This document shows, piece by piece, positions 61,142 through 64,000 of a stretch of 64,000 nt of DNA. Positions within the stretch are counted from its first letter, which is position 1, and each line of letters opens with the position of its first letter. Position numbers and translations under genes: made by a program. Source of the DNA: Polyangiaceae bacterium. Lineage in GTDB: Bacteria; Myxococcota_A; Polyangia; Polyangiales; Polyangiaceae. A model generated the notes under the pieces. The model saw only the letters and a program-made list of their open reading frames with translations. It did not search any database and was not told where the DNA came from. The DNA lies in contig CBDCTZ010000014.1 in the NCBI GenBank assembly GCA_965222375.1, positions 672,001-736,000 on the forward strand. The letters run 5' to 3'.

Positions 61142-62161
61142 ATGGAAGACATTGTTCACTACTGCAGCAGGAGGCGTAGCGGGTCGGACCCGCGCGCACC
61201 CGCTCGACGTCGCCGCGCACCGCTGTTTGCCGTCGCGCTGTTTGCCGCCTCGGCGGAAGCGCAAGCACAGTTTCCTGATCTCGCAGACGCCAGTGCTCAA
61301 TACATGCCTCCGGTCGCACTGGAGGACCCACGACCGGCAAAGGTGCAGGTCTCCTCCTATGATGCTTCTTTGAACGCGCCGCTACCCCTCGGGGAACGAA
61401 CCTTCTTGGTTCCAGGGCTCGCCTACCACGTGGATTCGGTGTCCTTTTCCGACACACCGCCCGGCTTCATCGAGTTGCGCGCGTTCCATTCCCTCGAGCT
61501 GCCCGTTCTCTTCGTGCAGTTGCTGCCAGCCAACTGGGCTCTGTCGTTTCGGGTCGCTCCTGGCTTGGCCGGGGATATGGAAGCGGTGGATTCTGGCCTG
61601 TTTCGTGTCAGCGCACTTTCTCTGGTCACCTATTCTCCGTCGGATTCGCTAGTCGTCGGCGGCGGTGGCATCGTGAACTACGCCTTCGGCTCCCTGCTGC
61701 CACTGCCAGCTGCGTACATGGAGTACAAGCCCGCATCGTACTTCTCCGTGGAGACGTTCCTGCCGGCATTCGCCATTGCAAAGTTCAAGCTCGGCGATCG
61801 GATTGAACTTGGCGCTCGCGCAGAGGTGTCCGGCAATGCTTACGCAGTGCGAGCTTCAAGCATTGCAGACGCATGGCCCTGCCGGGCGGGCGTTGACGAT
61901 TCCGCCACGGCCGTGAACGAAGCCGTGGCTGTTCCGCGAGAGTGTATGGATCACGTGGCCTATTCGACGGCAAGTGCTGGGGTTGTGGCCGGCGTGCGCA
62001 TGGTCGGGTCCGCCTGGCTTTCGGCGTTCGCGGGACATTCGTTCTTCCGTCGCTTCGAACAGCTGAATACCGATGACCGCCGCATCTCGGGCGGGGTTCA
62101 GTCTTTGCCGAATGCGCCGGTGGTTCGCCTGGCCGCCACGTGGCGCATCCCTCGCGAGTAG
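61142..62161 (+). CDS. Outer-membrane beta-barrel (DUF6268-like)
   Basis: Signal AEAQA; amphipathic strands; LLPLP motif; C-terminal RLAATWR. Confidence 0.62.
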   Translation: MEDIVHYCSRRRSGSDPRAPARRRRAPLFAVALFAASAEAQAQFPDLADASAQYMPPVALEDPRPAKVQVSSYDASLNAPLPLGERTFLVPGLAYHVDSVSFSDTPPGFIELRAFHSLELPVLFVQLLPANWALSFRVAPGLAGDMEAVDSGLFRVSALSLVTYSPSDSLVVGGGGIVNYAFGSLLPLPAAYMEYKPASYFSVETFLPAFAIAKFKLGDRIELGARAEVSGNAYAVRASSIADAWPCRAGVDDSATAVNEAVAVPRECMDHVAYSTASAGVVAGVRMVGSAWLSAFAGHSFFRRFEQLNTDDRRISGGVQSLPNAPVVRLAATWRIPRE

Positions 62162-62181
62162 AGCTCGAGGCGCCTTGGGCA

Positions 62182-62838
62182 CTAACGTGGCTTGGGTTTG
62201 GGCCAGGGTGGGGTGCCCGTGCCGAGGGAGTAGCCGCGCTGGGTCAGCTTTTTGCGGCAGTCCGCACACAGATCGTATTCGCGATCTGAGGTCAGCACGC
62301 TGCCCTTGGCGTCCTCCATCAGGCAACCTCGATTGGGACAGTGGGGCAGGCCAAAGGTGTGACCGATCTCGTGCACGGCGACCTTGCCAAAGCGTTGACG
62401 AGCGTGAGCCTTGTTCTTGCTCCGGCGCTTGGTGCGGAAGGAAGACATGACGCAGCTCGTGTCGTCCATGTTGGCGAGCCCGAGAATGCCCCAATCCTTG
62501 TAGGGCTTCTTGGTCGTCGAGATGTCCACCGCAGTGATGCCGAGGACACGATAGGCATCTTTGGGTGCGCGCCTGTCCAGAAACTTCAGCAGCTTCTCGG
62601 CGCGGTATCGACGACGGGGCCGGTAGTACGCGCTCTTAGGCAGCGCGACTCGAGGCAAAACCCGAACTTCCATGTCGTAAAACACAGCCAGCGCGCGCGT
62701 CACCAGCTTTACGTCCGCTTCGGGCAACGCCTTGCCCAGGGGTTGCAGTGCGATGACGCGACGCGCTTCCTTGGCGTGTGCAAGGTCCGCCACGCCGAGG
62801 GCGGCAAGCACGCTCAAGAAGTTGCGACGTTTCATCAT
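62182..62838 (-). CDS. Archaemetzincin-like (M54) Zn metalloprotease, Tat-like signal
   Basis: KRRNFL; HEIGHTFGLPHC..GCLM...LCADC. Confidence 0.9.
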   Translation of the reverse strand: MMKRRNFLSVLAALGVADLAHAKEARRVIALQPLGKALPEADVKLVTRALAVFYDMEVRVLPRVALPKSAYYRPRRRYRAEKLLKFLDRRAPKDAYRVLGITAVDISTTKKPYKDWGILGLANMDDTSCVMSSFRTKRRSKNKAHARQRFGKVAVHEIGHTFGLPHCPNRGCLMEDAKGSVLTSDREYDLCADCRKKLTQRGYSLGTGTPPWPKPKPR

Positions 62839-63794
62839 GCTCGGGCCTCGCGCAGTCTCTGTACCGTAGCGCGCGCCAGGCGCTCGGGCTCGCGGCGGAG
62901 CCGCTTCAGGTCGAAGGCGTCGACGAGCTCTGCGGCTTGTGCGCGATCGGGCGCATCGAGACCAGCCGAACCAGCCGCCCACCTCACCACCGCGCGCGGG
63001 TCCGTGCCGCCTTTGCGCAACTCCGCCAGGCTCAAGTCATCCTCGCGCTTGGCCAGCCGGCGCCCGTCTTCATCCAGTACCAGGGGCACGTGCACCCAGC
63101 TCGGCGTCGACAAGCCCAAAGCGCGCTGCAGCAAGATCTGACGAGCCGCGCTGGGCAGCAGGTCGTCGCCCCGGAGTACTTCAGTCACGCCTTGGTGTGC
63201 GTCGTCCACGACCACGGCCAGTTGATACGCAGGGCGGTGGTCGCGCCGGGCGATGTGAAAGTCACCCACCTCGGCGCTCACGTCGAAAGCCACGCGGCCC
63301 ACGAGCTCGTCAGTCACGGTCACCGGACCCTCGGGAACCTGGAATCGAAGCCCCGCGTCCTTGCCGCTCTCCCGTTCCGCTTCTGCGACCGAGCTGTAGC
63401 GTCCACGACAGGTGCCCGGGTAGCGCTGCTCGCGGTCGCCGAGCTGTGGGGCCGATTGCGCCGCCCGCACGTCCGCTCGGGAACACACGCAGGGGTAGGC
63501 CTGTCCGCTTTGCACCAGCCGCTGCACTGCAGCGCCCAATCGCTCCAGCCCCGACGACTGCAGCAGCATGTCGCCGTCCCAATCCAGACCGAGCCACTCG
63601 AGATCTCGAAGCGCCTGGTCCACCATCTCTTGTTGTACGCGGGGACCATCCAAGTCTTCCATTCGCATGAGGATCGTGCCTCCGCGAGATCGAATGCTCC
63701 ACCACGCCAACAGGAAGCTGCGCGCATGTCCCAAGTGCAGCAGCCCGGTGGGGCTCGGCGCCAAGCGGCCTACGACGGTGCGCGTACTGCTCAC
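62835..63794 (-). CDS. gluQ: Glutamyl-queuosine tRNA(Asp) synthetase
   Basis: GRLAPSPTGLLHLGH, RMEDLD, CVCSR, AYQLAVVVDD, RLAKR; no anticodon-binding domain. Confidence 0.93.
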   Translation of the reverse strand: MSSTRTVVGRLAPSPTGLLHLGHARSFLLAWWSIRSRGGTILMRMEDLDGPRVQQEMVDQALRDLEWLGLDWDGDMLLQSSGLERLGAAVQRLVQSGQAYPCVCSRADVRAAQSAPQLGDREQRYPGTCRGRYSSVAEAERESGKDAGLRFQVPEGPVTVTDELVGRVAFDVSAEVGDFHIARRDHRPAYQLAVVVDDAHQGVTEVLRGDDLLPSAARQILLQRALGLSTPSWVHVPLVLDEDGRRLAKREDDLSLAELRKGGTDPRAVVRWAAGSAGLDAPDRAQAAELVDAFDLKRLRREPERLARATVQRLREARA

Positions 63795-63833
63795 ACACCG
63801 GAGTCTGTCTCAGCGCCTGTCGCCTGCAAAGCG

Positions 63834-64000
63834 TCACATATTCTCGACGCTCTTGAGCATCTCCGGAACGAAGTTGGCGCGTGGCCGAATCAGCAACGAA
63901 CGCATGGGGGGTGGCCTCACCTTGATGCCGCCGCCACCGGGAAAGCCCACATCACTGTTGACCAGTTCGTCTGTGAACTCGTGGAAATTGCCGTCCTTGG
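63834..64000 (-). CDS. 3' end of a CglF/GltF-like small secreted protein (partial)
   Basis: ...IKVRPPPMRSLLIRPRANFVPEMLKSVENM* resembles the CglF-family C-terminus. Confidence 0.6.
   Translation of the reverse strand, partial: KDGNFHEFTDELVNSDVGFPGGGGIKVRPPPMRSLLIRPRANFVPEMLKSVENM

Overview
GC-rich myxobacterial DNA (Polyangiaceae/Sorangiineae-like), judged from a MYXO-CTERM protein, Cys-rich lipoproteins, Ser/Thr kinases and a CglF/GltF-like C-terminus. The first ~9 kb is a stack of mobile elements: an intact IS4/IS50-type element with a 10-bp TSD, a truncated SNF2 helicase, an IS3 scar, and an ISCR/IS91-type HUH transposase interrupted by a 2.6-kb large-serine-recombinase (LSR) element, with a 370-bp direct repeat bracketing the ISCR block. 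The rest is mostly housekeeping and envelope genes: a DUF1552/DUF1592 pair, two Cys-rich repeat lipoproteins, benzoate-CoA ligase family, fatty acid hydroxylase, two ECF sigma factors, rlmD-like, sdhCAB, a NAGGN osmolyte operon, miaE and gluQ. Two systems stand out. (1) Joining the LSR element's ends at an AT core gives a symmetric att site and supplies the RBS and ATG for an accessory ORF at the other end, so that gene appears complete only in the excised circle. (2) A 7.4-kb island bounded by sdhB and a degenerate sdhB 3' copy encodes a trypsin-like/TSP3 lipoprotein whose signal peptide carries an 11-unit heptamer repeat (currently out of frame, consistent with phase variation), followed by tandem lipoprotein alleles with ~99% identical flanks but clearly divergent coding interiors. 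All family assignments are from motif recognition by eye, not database searches.
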